A DNA stretch of 63,939 nt, the filler included, from Licmophora abbreviata (taxonomy: Eukaryota), in NCBI GenBank assembly GCA_900291995.1. It is 17 parts of 17 records of this genome, joined end to end, with 100 filler letters (N's around TTAATTAATTAA, not from the genome) between each part and the next. Parts side by side here need not be neighbours in the genome. Positions count along the whole stretch, not along the records: positions 35,283 to 41,360 come from OLMU01004344.1; positions 41,461 to 43,048 come from OLMU01004345.1; positions 43,149 to 53,352 come from OLMU01004346.1; 14 more parts are not named here. One strand, written 5' to 3'. Within the stretch, counting starts at the first letter, position 1; each line of letters begins with the position of its first letter. This document shows, piece by piece, positions 36,245 to 48,627 of the stretch. Under the pieces are notes generated by a model, which was not told the DNA's origin, searched no databases, and saw only the letters and a program-made list of their open reading frames with translations. Both the position numbers and the translations under genes were made by a program.

Positions 36245-39200
36245 TCAAAAGCCCGCGACGCTATCCTCGAGCATTTTTATCTCCTTCGCGGCAATCTGCA
36301 GTTGGTTGAAAAGCGCTTCCATTTCCGCGTCGTCGTCGCTCATCGTTCCTGTCGACGCCAGTTCGCGGAAGTACGACATGCAACTACTTTGATCGTCATC
36401 TTCTGTAGTAGTGTCCGAACGATCTTCTTCTCTATCGTCTCGTGCGTCGCCATCGATCGATTCGAACCGACTAGATGGACTGTCCACTAACTTCATCGAG
36501 ACGTTGTTGGCTGGTGTCTTAACGTTTTTCAACTGTTGCGCAAAGTCCATATCCAGGAATGTTTCCAAGTTTTGAAGCTGCGCAAATGTCATACTTGGAG
36601 CTCGAGCGCTAATGTCGGTCCGTGTCTCCTGTTCGAACAGTCCAACTGCCTCTGTCGGAATCATGAAAAGCTCGCATTCCTGGTTCATACAAAGATCATC
36701 TTCGATTATTTCGTCCTTTTGCAGGCAATCTCCACAACCAGAACAGGGACGCAGCTTCGAGGTTCGAGTATTGGTCTGCTCTGATACCGAGCGGCGTTCT
36801 GAATTCTCCAACGAGCGATCTAACGTTTTGAGCGACTCCAGCGACTCGTACGTAAGCTTCCTTCCGGGTCGACCAGGAGATCCGCTCTCGGAACTGGCTG
36901 CCAGATTCAGTTGTTCGTCAAACTTTCTGAGAAAGTCTTCCGACAGAGGCACGGCGGTGCTGTCATGATCCCATTCATCGACATACGAAGATGCCTCCGC
37001 CTCGCGTTGATCCCAGGCGCTGAAGGTCATAAACCTGTCTCCGGAATCCACACAAGGCGATTCCACTGAAAGTGACTCAATGTTGTGTGAGATATCAAAA
37101 GAAGCGATGTCGCGTTCGATACCTTTCGGTGACATTGAACGAGGTTTCATAGAATACCATGAGACCTCTTCTTGAGTATCGACGAGATCTTGGTCTTCCC
37201 CTCTTACATCGAAGTGCGTCGTGTTGGAAGTTGAAGTCTGGATTCCCTCTGCTTCTTCTCCTAGTGAGACCTCTTCTTGAGTATCCACGAAATCCTGCTC
37301 CTCCCCTGTTGCATCGAAGTGCGTTGTATTATAAGTTGAAGTCTGGGTTCCCTCTTCTTCTCCTAGAACATCGTCTGACGGCCCTCCGCTCGCGATGAAG
37401 TCAAGTACTGCATCCTCGTCGCCAATATCCAAGTCGTCAGGGACGGGCATATACCACAGTTGGGACGCAGGGCTTCCGTATGGATTTGGGAGATGGTTCT
37501 CTACTTGCGAGTTTTCATGATGAATCATTGATGTCAAACCTCTCGAGTCGGAGACTGGGGACAATACTAGAATCCCCGAGCTTGGTTTGTTGACGTGGGA
37601 ATTGAGAGGCAGCGAACTAGGCGTACGAGGAGCTGCTGTATCTCCACTCCCCGAGTACGCTGCATCACTGCAAAACGCACACTCTCTTTCACCTTCAGGA
37701 GCCTGCATAAGCCGCGACTCGCATTTCGGACAGGTCGCATTCACCAAAAGCCAACCATCAACGAGGCGCTGATAGATCGCATTACTGGCTTCGATGTCGC
37801 TGGAAAGTACAGGTAATACAACTGGTGAGTTCCATAGCACAAGCAAACACAAAATGAGATCAAGACAGGCGAATGCTTACGTTTCTGGCTTTTCGTTGCT
37901 ATCATGAGAATGGAGGAAGAGCTGCGCTGTACCTTCGACATCAGGGTTTGAGGACGAATTAATATCCTCTGTACCGCTAGGCTTGACACTGCCAGTACCT
38001 GGACTTTGCTCGGCCTCCGATTCACCGGTATGTTCGAAGGCATCAAAAAGATCCGTGCGTTCCATGATACGAACCATCCCATCTTGAGGCGCCACGACGA
38101 GTTTGTCCTGGATCAGCTGCGGAGGAGTTGTTGAACCAAGGTTCGCAAGGCTCGATATCCCTTCAAACTCAGGGACCGCCGTCTCCTTTGATGTATCCAA
38201 GGCATCCATTTCTGCAACGAGTTTACTCTCACCTTCATTTTGGTGATTCTCATCCGAGCTCTCCACCTGTCTCGCCGAGCTCTTCGGAGTCGTTCGTTTC
38301 TGATGAGCTCGCTTTTTTGCCCTTTTGTGGACATTTGGACACACGACGCAATGTTGCTGTCCGTCTTTTTCCATCAGTGGCATCGCACATCGATCACACT
38401 GCGACTGTGTAAGCGTGAATCCCTCACCGAGCAACCGTCCGATGGCCTTCGTTGCGATAGCTCGGCTAAAAATGGAATGACGGCAAACAATGTCAGTGAG
38501 CACATCGAACAAGGAATTGGCACCAGGCAGTAGGCCCTATCGAACGTACGTTTCTTCGTATTGTGCAATTATACCATCCTCTTCGTCGCGTGTGTTCACA
38601 GTCGGATCGTCAACATCGACGCGTATTGTAGGGCAACGCTTTTCGCTGTGTGCGTTTCGCTTCTCATCAGTCTGCTCGCACACCTCGTCCTCCACCGAGT
38701 CCTTACCCCGAACACTTTCCGCCGAGCTGCTTTCTCGCACACGGTAGTAGTCCGCTAGGGGATCGGGCTTGGAGAGAGTCGGCGACAGACCCTGAGGGCG
38801 TGGACGCTGTCCGATCTCTGTCTCATGAATAGACGATTCGACGTCGGACGGCTCGGGGTCGCCTCCCGTGGCCTCGCTTTTGTTTTCTACTTCATTCTTG
38901 CTGTCGTTCACAGAAACTGGTTCGACCGTTGGCTCATTCAGATCGGACTGCGCTTCTTTCCGAGCAGGCTGCTCATTGTCAAGAATCACCACTCCACGTC
39001 TCCGATTCGTCTTTCCAGATTCCGATCCCTCGGCAAGTCGAATTTCGATCCCCTCCCCAGCACCCTCACTCAATGATCCCATTGATAGCAACCCGTTAGA
39101 AAGATTCAGGAGTTGCTGATCCTGATTACGATCAACCCCGGCTTCCGAAACGGCGAACACCTTTCTCTTTTCACGGGACGGTGGCTGGGTTCTGGTATCG

Positions 39201-39969
39201 ACCATCGAAAGCCCCGTCGGTACGTGCTCCCCCCGTCTATTTTCCTGTTGTCTTTGATCGTCTTTTGTCTCCTCCACTATTCTGGTAGAATGTGATACGT
39301 CAGTAGGGCTCACGGTGTGGCAAAGGCCGTCCAGTAGAGTATTGAGTGGGTATATCAACGAGTAGTCCTGACGTTGTTCGGTGCACTCGTGCACTCCGTC
39401 AACGCAGCCGTAATTCACCGTTTCAGTCGATTCATTCAAGACTGAGAAGACTTGAGAAAGATTCGTGATCACGTTTGCGTCTCTTCAGAGTCTAGAGTTT
39501 CGGTGAGACTATTCTGGGGCAGAGGCGTCGTACAAGTCAGACGTGGGTCGCTGACAGCGTAAGCCACTCTTTGTTGCAGGCATACATCGTCCCGTTGTTC
39601 CAGAGGAGATTTATCATCAACAATTTGCTCCTCTGTAGCCTCAGCCTTAAGAAATGGCTTTGCGATCCGTGTCGCACAATGACGAGCGAATTTCTGTTTG
39701 GCGGCCAGTGCGTTGCTAGTGATTTCCGTCTCAGCACTCTTGTCCGCCAGAGACCCTTCCACAACAGAGCCTGCTCGAGATGGAGAGAAGAAGGATTGCG
39801 AGGCCCCAACTCTCTCATAGTTCCACGGCGATGGGTCATCTATCTGAATAGAGTACCGGTGTGGGTGTTCCATTGCGGTGGTCATCGTTGCACATCGGTC
39901 GCCCTCCTTACTCGCAATACAGCTCGAAGGCAAGCCTGGATGGACAGGAGGCCGCCCGGAAGAATCCAT
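36245..39969 (-). CDS. Large acidic disordered protein with two Auto_anti-p27 (SSSCA1/ZNRD2-like) zinc ribbons; introns 38466-38549, 37800-37880; apparent frameshift at about 39472
   Basis: AIGRLLGEGFTLTQSQCDRCAMPLMEKDGQQHCVVC and AIYQRLVDGWLLVNATCPKCESRLM..ECAFC; the two introns restore frame. Confidence 0.72.
37161..37367. repeat. Intragenic tandem duplication with 105-bp period (about 35 aa)
   Basis: GAGACCTCTTCTTGAGTATC at 37161 and 37266; encodes EEEGTQTSTYNTTHFD..VDTQEEVS / EEAEGIQTSTSNTTHFD..VDTQEEVS. Confidence 0.9.
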
Positions 39970-40411
39970 GCTCTACCTACTGTACAATTACCCTGGTTCA
40001 GTAAGAAATGAACTCAAGATCAATGCTTAGGACTTTTGAGTAGAACGCAACGCAATGCAGTGTGACTCTTATCGCCTTTCATCGCTTTTTCTGCCATCTT
40101 GTGATCATCATGATGTGTTGGCGATCGCAGAGACGCGGCCAGCTTCCTTTGGGCCTTTGTAATGTACATCAACATCCGTACTCGTAGCATATTATTCAAC
40201 TGCATATTTAACGACAAATCATCCACCTGTGACGTCACCAGTGAAAGAATACTCAGTCCCGAGTCCCATCTCGCCTTGAGCATGCCATCTTCAATCTTGC
40301 CTTCTCACCCCTCACCCCATCACCCTGCACAGTTCCGTCGCTGCGACTATGTTTACGTCCCTCTGGGTTGCCTCCGCCGTCTTTGTTAACCCCAGAGGCA
40401 TTACTGATATC

Positions 40412-40981
40412 ATGAACAAATTGCTGTGTCCGCTTACGGGAGAACGATTGCCGGAAAAAGAACAAGAGCAGGCTGTAGTGTACGCCGCCGCAGTCCCGTC
40501 TTCCATCATGAACGCGTGTGGCCATGTTTGTACGTTTGGTGCCCTGATGGATCGCCTCGAGACCGAGAAAGGTGTATTTAAGTGCCCTTCATGCAATGAT
40601 TCTTATATAATTTCAGTTTGTGATGGTGTGGCGTCCAGAGTTCTATGCCGAGAAGACGAAGCGCAGGATGACGTGAATCTCCTGGCATTCCGGTACGGGC
40701 AGCAGGTCTTTTGGTTGACGGTAACAGCTCTGCATGACGCAAATAGTAAAGAGACAGCTCAAGATCGAATTAAAGAGGCACTAGGAGCTGGTAACGATAT
40801 AAGGGTTCTATATCGAGGTCGAGCGGTCTATCCAGATTCAACCAAATCCGCTGGCGAGATTTCGGAGGCTTTGCTACAGATTTCGGCGCACGAGCGGAAA
40901 TCCAAAAAGAAGCCCTCTCTGATCGTGATGGGAAAACGAACTGGTCACTGGGGTACACAGGCCGGGCATGTGCACCGATAG
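40412..40981 (+). CDS. Small protein with RING/U-box-like N-terminus and possible ubiquitin-like C-terminus
   Basis: CPLTGE..CGHVC..CPSC; AQDRIKEALG..IRVLYRGR..LIVMG. Confidence 0.55.
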   Translation: MNKLLCPLTGERLPEKEQEQAVVYAAAVPSSIMNACGHVCTFGALMDRLETEKGVFKCPSCNDSYIISVCDGVASRVLCREDEAQDDVNLLAFRYGQQVFWLTVTALHDANSKETAQDRIKEALGAGNDIRVLYRGRAVYPDSTKSAGEISEALLQISAHERKSKKKPSLIVMGKRTGHWGTQAGHVHR

Positions 40982-41182
40982 GGACTCCCGAATGACTGGT
41001 ACTAGACAACATCCACTGCATATCGGCGCCAAACAAGAGGCAACGTATGATAGTGTGTCTCGTGGCGGTCGCATCAAGCTAACAACGAAAGAGTTATCAT
41101 GCAATACCAATATGGTAAGAACTTCTAGTATAGTTTAATTTTCTCGTGTGCAGCACGTGTACCGGGTAAGCCATTCGTCATA

Positions 41183-43029
41183 CTAGCCAAAAGTAAAGCC
41201 GAATCCTAGTTGAACAGACCGTCTCGCATCGCGTGGACCATATCGTATTGGAACGGCATACGTTGCCTCGAGTCGCCCAAACGCCGTCCCCGCACTCAGA
41301 CCACCGCCTACAGCGGCACGCGTACTCTTGACTATCGACATGGGGCCGACGCCGTTCAACNNNNNNNNNNNNNNNNNNNNNNNNNNNNNNNNNNNNNNNN
41401 NNNNTTAATTAATTAANNNNNNNNNNNNNNNNNNNNNNNNNNNNNNNNNNNNNNNNNNNNCCGTTAGTGTACCGAGATTACAAAAGCCGAAGAGTCGGCC
41501 ATCATTGTCTTGCAGTAATTTCCACCCTGGAAACGGTACCGACGCGGCTATCGTAGTCGTGTAAAAGAAATCCCCACCCAACGAATCGCCCCCCGGTGTA
41601 GAAGAGCCACCCTATGGACGTACAAAATACGAGCGGTGAGTCGACGACGACGATGCGAGTCTCGCAGAAGGCACACGATAGTTTCAACGCACCGTCTTAG
41701 CTCTGCGACCGATTCCTGCTGGAACAAACCCTCGCAGCTGCATCGGTCCACCGACAAAGAAACGATCAGAAACTGTTGGCGGTCCACACAGTCCACCAAA
41801 TGTAAACGGATGCAAAATTCCGGTATGAAGCCACGAGTGCAGCGCCACGGCTGAAAGAAATGGCAACACCTCTCCACCACCACCATTCCACGAGACGCCA
41901 CCCTGTGCCTTGACAAACCCCACATCCCCTGGCGGTCCTGCTACTTCTAGTTTCAAATGCCCATCTATACCATTTGTGGGATTGAATCGATTGTCTGTCA
42001 GACTGCCATTGGTGCGATATTCAAGCGTTAACGAGTGCTTCAACGAGGCTCCAGTCTGAGTGACAATTTCCGGGCTAGCGTCGGCGGCATAAGGCAATGT
42101 TGCATGTCGCCGAGGTATCAAATCACGAAAAAGAATCGACCAGTCCAATCCCGTGTACGCCTCCTTGGACTGTTGAGCGCAGGTGAAAGAGATGAGTGCC
42201 TTGCGCCTGCAGAAGCGCACATCAGCAGTATGCACATTACACTCACCATTTCTGGATGAGACACGTTGGATACATTCGAAAGCCGAGCTCCAACTAGTCT
42301 CTGATACTCCTTGTAGCTTCGAGTCCACTCGTAATCCACAGTATCCATCACGGCCCGAAGGGAGAGTGAGATCTGGCTGCCCTTGTTGAGAGTCAATAGA
42401 TTGCTGTACAGGTCCCCGTGTTCTGGCAGGAAGGTATACAGCGGCCGCTCGTGCAGGAACGATAACGACGAAGCTGCCGTCTGATCAATCGTATAGCGAA
42501 GTGACGTTGTGTCCAAGTTTCCCGTCAAGTTCAACAATCCCCCCGACGTTTCAAACTGAACCTTCGGGAGCAACGAGTCCGTCGCATCCCGCATCAAACC
42601 CTCCTGTTTCAAGCCGCCACCAATGTATAGTCGATACCACTTTTTCTCATGCAAAATGACCTCCAGCTGTTCTGCTGGGACACGTTTTCTATCAGCAGGC
42701 TGCTCTTGGCGAGGTCCACCGCCAAGCTTGACTTGGACTGCGTTGAAACACCCACTTCGTTCCAGATTGGTACAAAAGTCCGCCACCGCCTCGGTCACCT
42801 CTCCCACAGATTGCGTATCGGTAAATAACACTCCTGATTCTAATAGTCGATGCTGAATCAGCTCGGAACTTGTTCGAATTGCTGAATCGGCGGAAGGCGA
42901 CGATACTGCGGCTGGAAACTCCAAGGATATTGGAAAGCCGCTGATGTGTTGATCAAACTTCTGCTGCATCTGAGCTTGTACCTGCTCTTGCGCCTGTTGT
43001 CGACGAGCAGCGGCTTCCGGGTCAGACAT
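41183..43029 (-). CDS. SAM50: SAM50 (Omp85 family mitochondrial outer-membrane beta-barrel); introns 42170-42246, 41612-41692; last exon spans spacer 41361-41460
   Basis: POTRA-like N-terminus, SDRFFVGGPMQLRGF, DSLGGDFFY; after the gap RLEATYAVP..VQLGFGFTFG* (beta-signal). Confidence 0.92.
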
Positions 43030-43463
43030 GGCGATGAAGTACTATACTNNNNNNNNNNNNNNNNNNNNNNNNNNNNNNNNNNNNNNNNNNNNTTAATTAA
43101 TTAANNNNNNNNNNNNNNNNNNNNNNNNNNNNNNNNNNNNNNNNNNNNCTTGGACCATCATGGCATTCACTTTGAACAAAATTCTTCAGCAGCATGTGCA
43201 GGCGAAAGCTGCACAAGGTCGAAGGTGAACGCTATTATCTGTCACAATACAATACAAGAGCATCAGAACAATATTTTGTGGGGAGGCTATACAGTGGAGG
43301 GTGCTGGTCTCACTACTACTAGTGTACTCCTACTAGTAGAGACTGCCATCTAGTTCGCGCCACCATCGATCCCGTACCGCCGATCCGAACGGGGAATCCA
43401 GCCGTACTCTCAAACACAACAAACACTAGATAATACTAGGCACCGTAGCCCACAAATGACTCT

Positions 43464-45372
43464 TCAGAACGCAACAGACGGCGGGTCTGCCGTCACAACC
43501 TCGGCGTCCCGAAATGTGCACGTAATGTCCATATAACCCGCATTGTCGCCACCAAAAGTTCCGTCTTCCTTGCAGAGAGGAGATGCAGAATTCTGAGCAT
43601 GCAACAGGTCGACTTGAGACTTGGTAACGTTCCCGTAGAACATCATCCTCGGTCCGGAGCGGTCGCCCTTCATGGTACGATTCGCCTTGTGAAAGGCAAG
43701 TCCAAAGCCACTCTTGGCGTGGGACTGGTACCCGTCAAATTTCTTGACCAAACGAGGCATGGGAGTCTTGGTGCACGAGAGACCCTTCTGCGCGACAATG
43801 GCTTGGGCAGAGATCGCATAGCTCTTGCCATCGGGAGCTATCCACACGACCGATCCCGGCGTCGTCGCGACAGCGCGAGCCATTTCCGAATCAAACACAA
43901 TGCCTCCACTCGAGTTGATAGTGAGTCCTTGGAAGAGCTGCACAATCTTGAGGGACTTGTCGACGAGATGAGCCGCTCCGGCCTGAGCAGCCTCCTTCTT
44001 GGCGCCAGATGGGGCGAGCCAAACGACGCCCCCGTTGAGACGAAGCTCGAGGCGCGATCCCTTCATGAACGTGCCACGCTGGGAATGATACTCGTAGACC
44101 TGACTGCAACCAGTTACAAAGGCGCAGAGCTGATTGAGCTTCTTCAGATCTGTCGCGCCCGAAATGACGACGAGGTCACGCTTGCTCGGATCGTCAAGGC
44201 TGGAAATCTTGATCTGCAGGGCTGTCTTGACACGGAGAGTGAGTTTATTGGCGATTCCATAGAGGTACTGCACCAGAGCGGTAGAGGCGGCAGAAGACGG
44301 GACCGAAGAAGCGACAGCAACCGAGGGCTGCGAGGTCGTCTTGGCCTTCTTGGCGCTCGATGCGGGAGCATGCGCACGACCAAGTCCCCTGCCGTTCTTG
44401 GCGCACTTGATAACGACGTTTCCACAGAGGTCGGACCAATCCTTCACCATGGTGCTTTCAAGCTGATTAAGAAGGGCAGAGCGCGTGAAGGGGTCGACAA
44501 TTCCCAGCTCTGCATCGGAGAACCAGAATAGGTTCTTTAGAAGATTGGAGACTTTCTTGCCAATCTTTTCGCAATCCTCCGGCGATTCCGTGTCGATGCG
44601 CCAATGGTCGACTTGGTCGCAGGCGATCACAGTCGCCAGCGTCTTCTTGAAGGCTTCCGAGGCCACGCCAGCCTCCGACATCGTCAAGACCTTCTTCATG
44701 GCCTTATTGACATCACGAGTGGCCGCCGAGAGCATCTTGTTGATGACAGGATACATGCACTGTAGACGCGAGTCATGGGAAGAAGACAAAGAGAGTGAGT
44801 TGAAACTGAAAGAGATACCTTTCAGGCAAAGATCGAAAAAAAGGGCAGCAAGATCAGACGTGTGTATCGAACAAGAAGTTTGACTCACCCAGCTAGAGTA
44901 CGTGTTGAGCATGATGAAGCCGCTGCTCATATCGTTACACGTGTCGGCTGACATGATTTGGTTCGAAAGCTTTCCTTGGAGTTCAGCAATGTCACGGCGC
45001 ACGAGGATGACGCCGTGATACGAGTCCACCTGGGCCTGCGTGATGGAATCCAATGCTTCGGAGAGTTCCTCTTCGCTGAGAGACTCGATGTCATCGGCAT
45101 CATAGTTCCTGCTTTTCCGGAACAGCGGTGAGAATGTGCGGGCCGATGCCCCACAGGACGTAGTCGTTTCCAGTGCCGTTGGCGGCCTCCTGGTGTTGCT
45201 TTAGAGCCTTGACACGTGCTTTGTAGGGCGAGAGATCGTCGACGTCAATCTGGACGCCTGTAGGCGTAATTGTGGCCGCAGGAGCGCCCCTGGCATCAGG
45301 GGAGACATCCACGGTAAGATGTTCAGCCTTGCGCTTTGCCTGGGAGCTGTCGGAAGCGATGATGGACGACAT
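43464..45372 (-). CDS. Hypothetical two-domain protein; intron 44760-44888; apparent +1 frameshift at about 45100-45120
   Basis: The ATG ORF 45372-45100 continues in another frame as NYDADDIESLSEEELSEALDSITQ into the 529-aa ORF. Confidence 0.65.
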
Positions 45373-45956
45373 CGTGAACAGCCAATGCGACCAATGACCA
45401 AGACGATTGATTCAACTTTGAACATGCAATCTTGTGAGAGTGTTTCCCTTGTGGGCGCGCCAAAAAAATCTTCGTTTGCACCACGCGATTTAACATCTAC
45501 GAGCTCGTAGAGTTGGATAACTTCTCAGTCCGTCCACTACCGTTCTTTGCGCTGACGTACTTTCAACTCTTTTCAAGTACTCAAATCTGCGTACAATTTC
45601 TACGGGCACGTGTTGACGTCACCCTCTCCGAGGTCAAATCCAGATCCAAGTGCAAAATTGTTGAAAGTGTGAAGTGTCATCTCTCATCTCACGAGTATCA
45701 AGGTGAGGAATGTACTTGGCGAACCAAGCTATATCAAATTGAGCTCACCAGAGATATGGAGCGTCATAAAGTCGCCCACATCTGCCTATTCTATTTCGTC
45801 TATGTACTGTTATCGTAGCTCACAATCGACAACAGCATACTTTCTCTCTAGCTAGCCCCTCGTTTTGTCAAATTCTGTAGTGCGATGCGCTGCCTGCAAC
45901 ATCGCTAGTGATATCATAGCTAGTGTAATCGTTTCCCGACGGTCGTCTCGTCCATG

Positions 45957-46816
45957 TCAACCGACAAGAACGTCCAGGTCTCTTCGTGGTCGTTTCAGAC
46001 TGGATTCTTCCCCATGATGCTCGTCCGTTACGGGAGGAGTCGAAGATGCCACTGCCCGATTTGGATCTTGTTCCGGGTGCTTCTTATAATACTCAACTAG
46101 CTCGGCCTAGAACAGTAGGAGTAAGAATACGCAGTCAGAGAGGGGCATCGGAAAATGTGACACGTTAGGCATTCACGTATCTGTTCGATCATCAGTCACT
46201 CCCAATATAATTCGAAAGCAACACTGCTTCATCTTCCACGTACCTTTGTCAAGAATCTCCCCCCTGGTCCCCGTGGTCGCTTCATAGCATGTCGATGGCG
46301 TGATTCATGCAAGTAGCTCTTCTTAGTTCCCGCCGCTTCCGCCGCAGCACGCTTCTGTCGATGATACTCTTCCAGTCGCGCTCGCGCCTCTCGTCTCTTC
46401 AAGATGCGGCCATATTGCTTGGCATTGACAAAGGTCGGTCGCTGCGCTTCTTGTTGCGGTGGTGCGATAGTAGGAACAGGTGCAGCAGTCATTGTTGGCA
46501 CAGCTCCGTAGAGTCCGGCGGGAATTGTCGGCATGGCGGCAGGCATGCTGGCCCAGGGCGCCGTGACAGCAGTCGACAGCGACTGTCCCAGAAGCTGTTG
46601 CGTCGTCCCCAGCGGTTGACCGAAATTGGGCACTGCAGGACCCGTCTGTCCCCCCAAAGTCAGAGGCGCACCCAGTAGAGCAGCCTGAGCGGCCGTTTGC
46701 ATTGTAGGAGCTGCCAGGACCTGCCCAGTCTGACCGCCAAAAACGTCCGGGTTGTAGGCGTCCTGAGTACCCGGGTTTACGGGAGTAGGGTCGAAAGATG
46801 GGTTCATTGCGTTCAT
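45957..46816 (-). CDS. NFYA: CCAAT-binding transcription factor subunit NF-YA (HAP2/CBF-B); intron 46107-46243
   Basis: [45 protein letters not shown], spliced to [15 protein letters not shown]. Confidence 0.95.
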
Positions 46817-47570
46817 GGCAACGCTAGAATTCTTTCACTATTCTGGAATGAAAGACAGAACTCTATTGCGGAGTTACTGATATGTCGTAAACGAGAGTTT
46901 CTAAACGAAAAGGATCTCTTCAAGAGCCTCAAAGATATGCCTTTGACGATGATGTGGTTGACACTCTCTGATCGATCATGTGTCGAGGAGCGACAGTGAA
47001 AGCGAGGATGCCAGGCACTTTCAGCTTGAACTTGCTAGGCTCGTTGAGAACATTTCAGCCAATCATTGATGCTGACGTAGAATCCGCCATAAGTAGAAAA
47101 CATCAATGCGACTTTGTCTCACTGAAAAGTGTGGAAAGCAAGACGCACGGTGCATCATTGACGACAGAGTGTGGCTTCAAAGCTTGGAATGGTATTACAG
47201 CACCACGGTAGACTATGATATAATACCTGGTAGGCCCGACCAGTCACTTGGGACTTCACTACAGCTAGCTTGACCATCTAGCGTGCGGTTTTTGAACTTT
47301 ATCCGTACAACGGAGTGCTCCGTCAGCGAGTTAGTCGACAAGGAGCTCTCGACTAAACATCGTTTACCACAGATTTAGATGCCTATTTACAATAGGAGTC
47401 ACTCCAATCATTTGATGCTACATTAAAGTATCAGATAGGGCTGTCTATCGTATGGAAGCTAGCAGCTAGCATCTCGAAGCCCATTCGTTGCTCTTTCGTC
47501 GACGTCGATAGAGTTGCCAAACATTCTCCATTCGTCTCGTTACATGCAACATCCAACTATCACCAGCACA

Positions 47571-48310
47571 CTATTGCTTCGGTGTCTCTGTATCGACGAG
47601 TCGTCCTTCCTTGTACAGACAATAAAAGCCTGTGTTGGGATCCGGTCGCCCTTCAAAGCCAATCTGCTTTTCCATGCCTTTCTCCATCGACACGCTCTTG
47701 TGATCTACTACTATCCACTCTTCATCATCTTCGTTCCAATATGCCCACTCCAACGCGTCTTTCGTTGATACCTGAAGCGGAAATAGCCGCCGGGCGTGCT
47801 GTAATTGGTGCCATGGAATGTACAACACGGGAGAAGATGAAGCAAGTTTGTTTGACACGTGAGAACCGGCATGAACAACCACCGCACCAACGCTACTCTT
47901 TTTTCTATCACACGTCATACCTCAGCAATCAGTGCACGCTGTCGCGCCACGGCTACAGTCGTCGAGGTGCTCCCCTTGCTTCGCACTCGGCCTGCTTCAA
48001 GCCACTCGCTGTCTCCCTCGCCTCCAACTTTCCGGACACCGACTCGAACCATTGTTTCTCCCTTGAGATCCACGTATCGATCCCACTGGGCCTTGGGTTT
48101 CAGCTTGATCTCCTTACTCTTCTTCTTGTTGTCTCCACCGGCAGCTCCAAAGCCTGCCATGAATGTGACGACGGGGTGGGGAGCGGGTTGACGCGTCGTC
48201 GTTCTCGACAGGGGATGATGCGTTGGTGGCACGATGACGCCAAAGGCATCGATGGACGCCAGGAACATCCAGAAGCTCAGCAAGCTGACAGATTGTCGAC
48301 CCATGATCAC
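47571..48310 (-). CDS. Plastid-targeted conserved hypothetical protein; intron 47799-47920
   Basis: Signal peptide ending DAF, then a transit-like region; splicing gives RQRALIAE-HARRLFPL; tail IGFEGRPDPNTGFYC. Confidence 0.78.
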
Positions 48311-48627
48311 GGTGCAGACTCGTCAATGAAGCAAACTCTGTTTTCTACGAGAAGTCTGATTCAGCACGTTAAAATGCGGCTGACACTGCGCCGTCGTGTG
48401 TCAGCATGACGGTGCAATGTTGAAAGTGTGTTGGCGGAAACCAACTCAAAAGTCGCCGCCGAAATCGCGCGCGCGTAAAATCGATGACGTACAACGAATG
48501 TACGAGTATTGATTCATACCGGTATCATATGATAGGCATAAGGAGCACTAGGATAACGTAAACTCTCGGCTTTTACAGATCTACCAACACGACGCGACTT
48601 GTTGCTACGGTACGGGCGTGTCTCTCC

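Noticed and set aside
46060..46106. Suspected frameshift in the NF-YA last exon
   Set aside because: Careful reverse-complementing gives an intact [15 protein letters not shown] frame.
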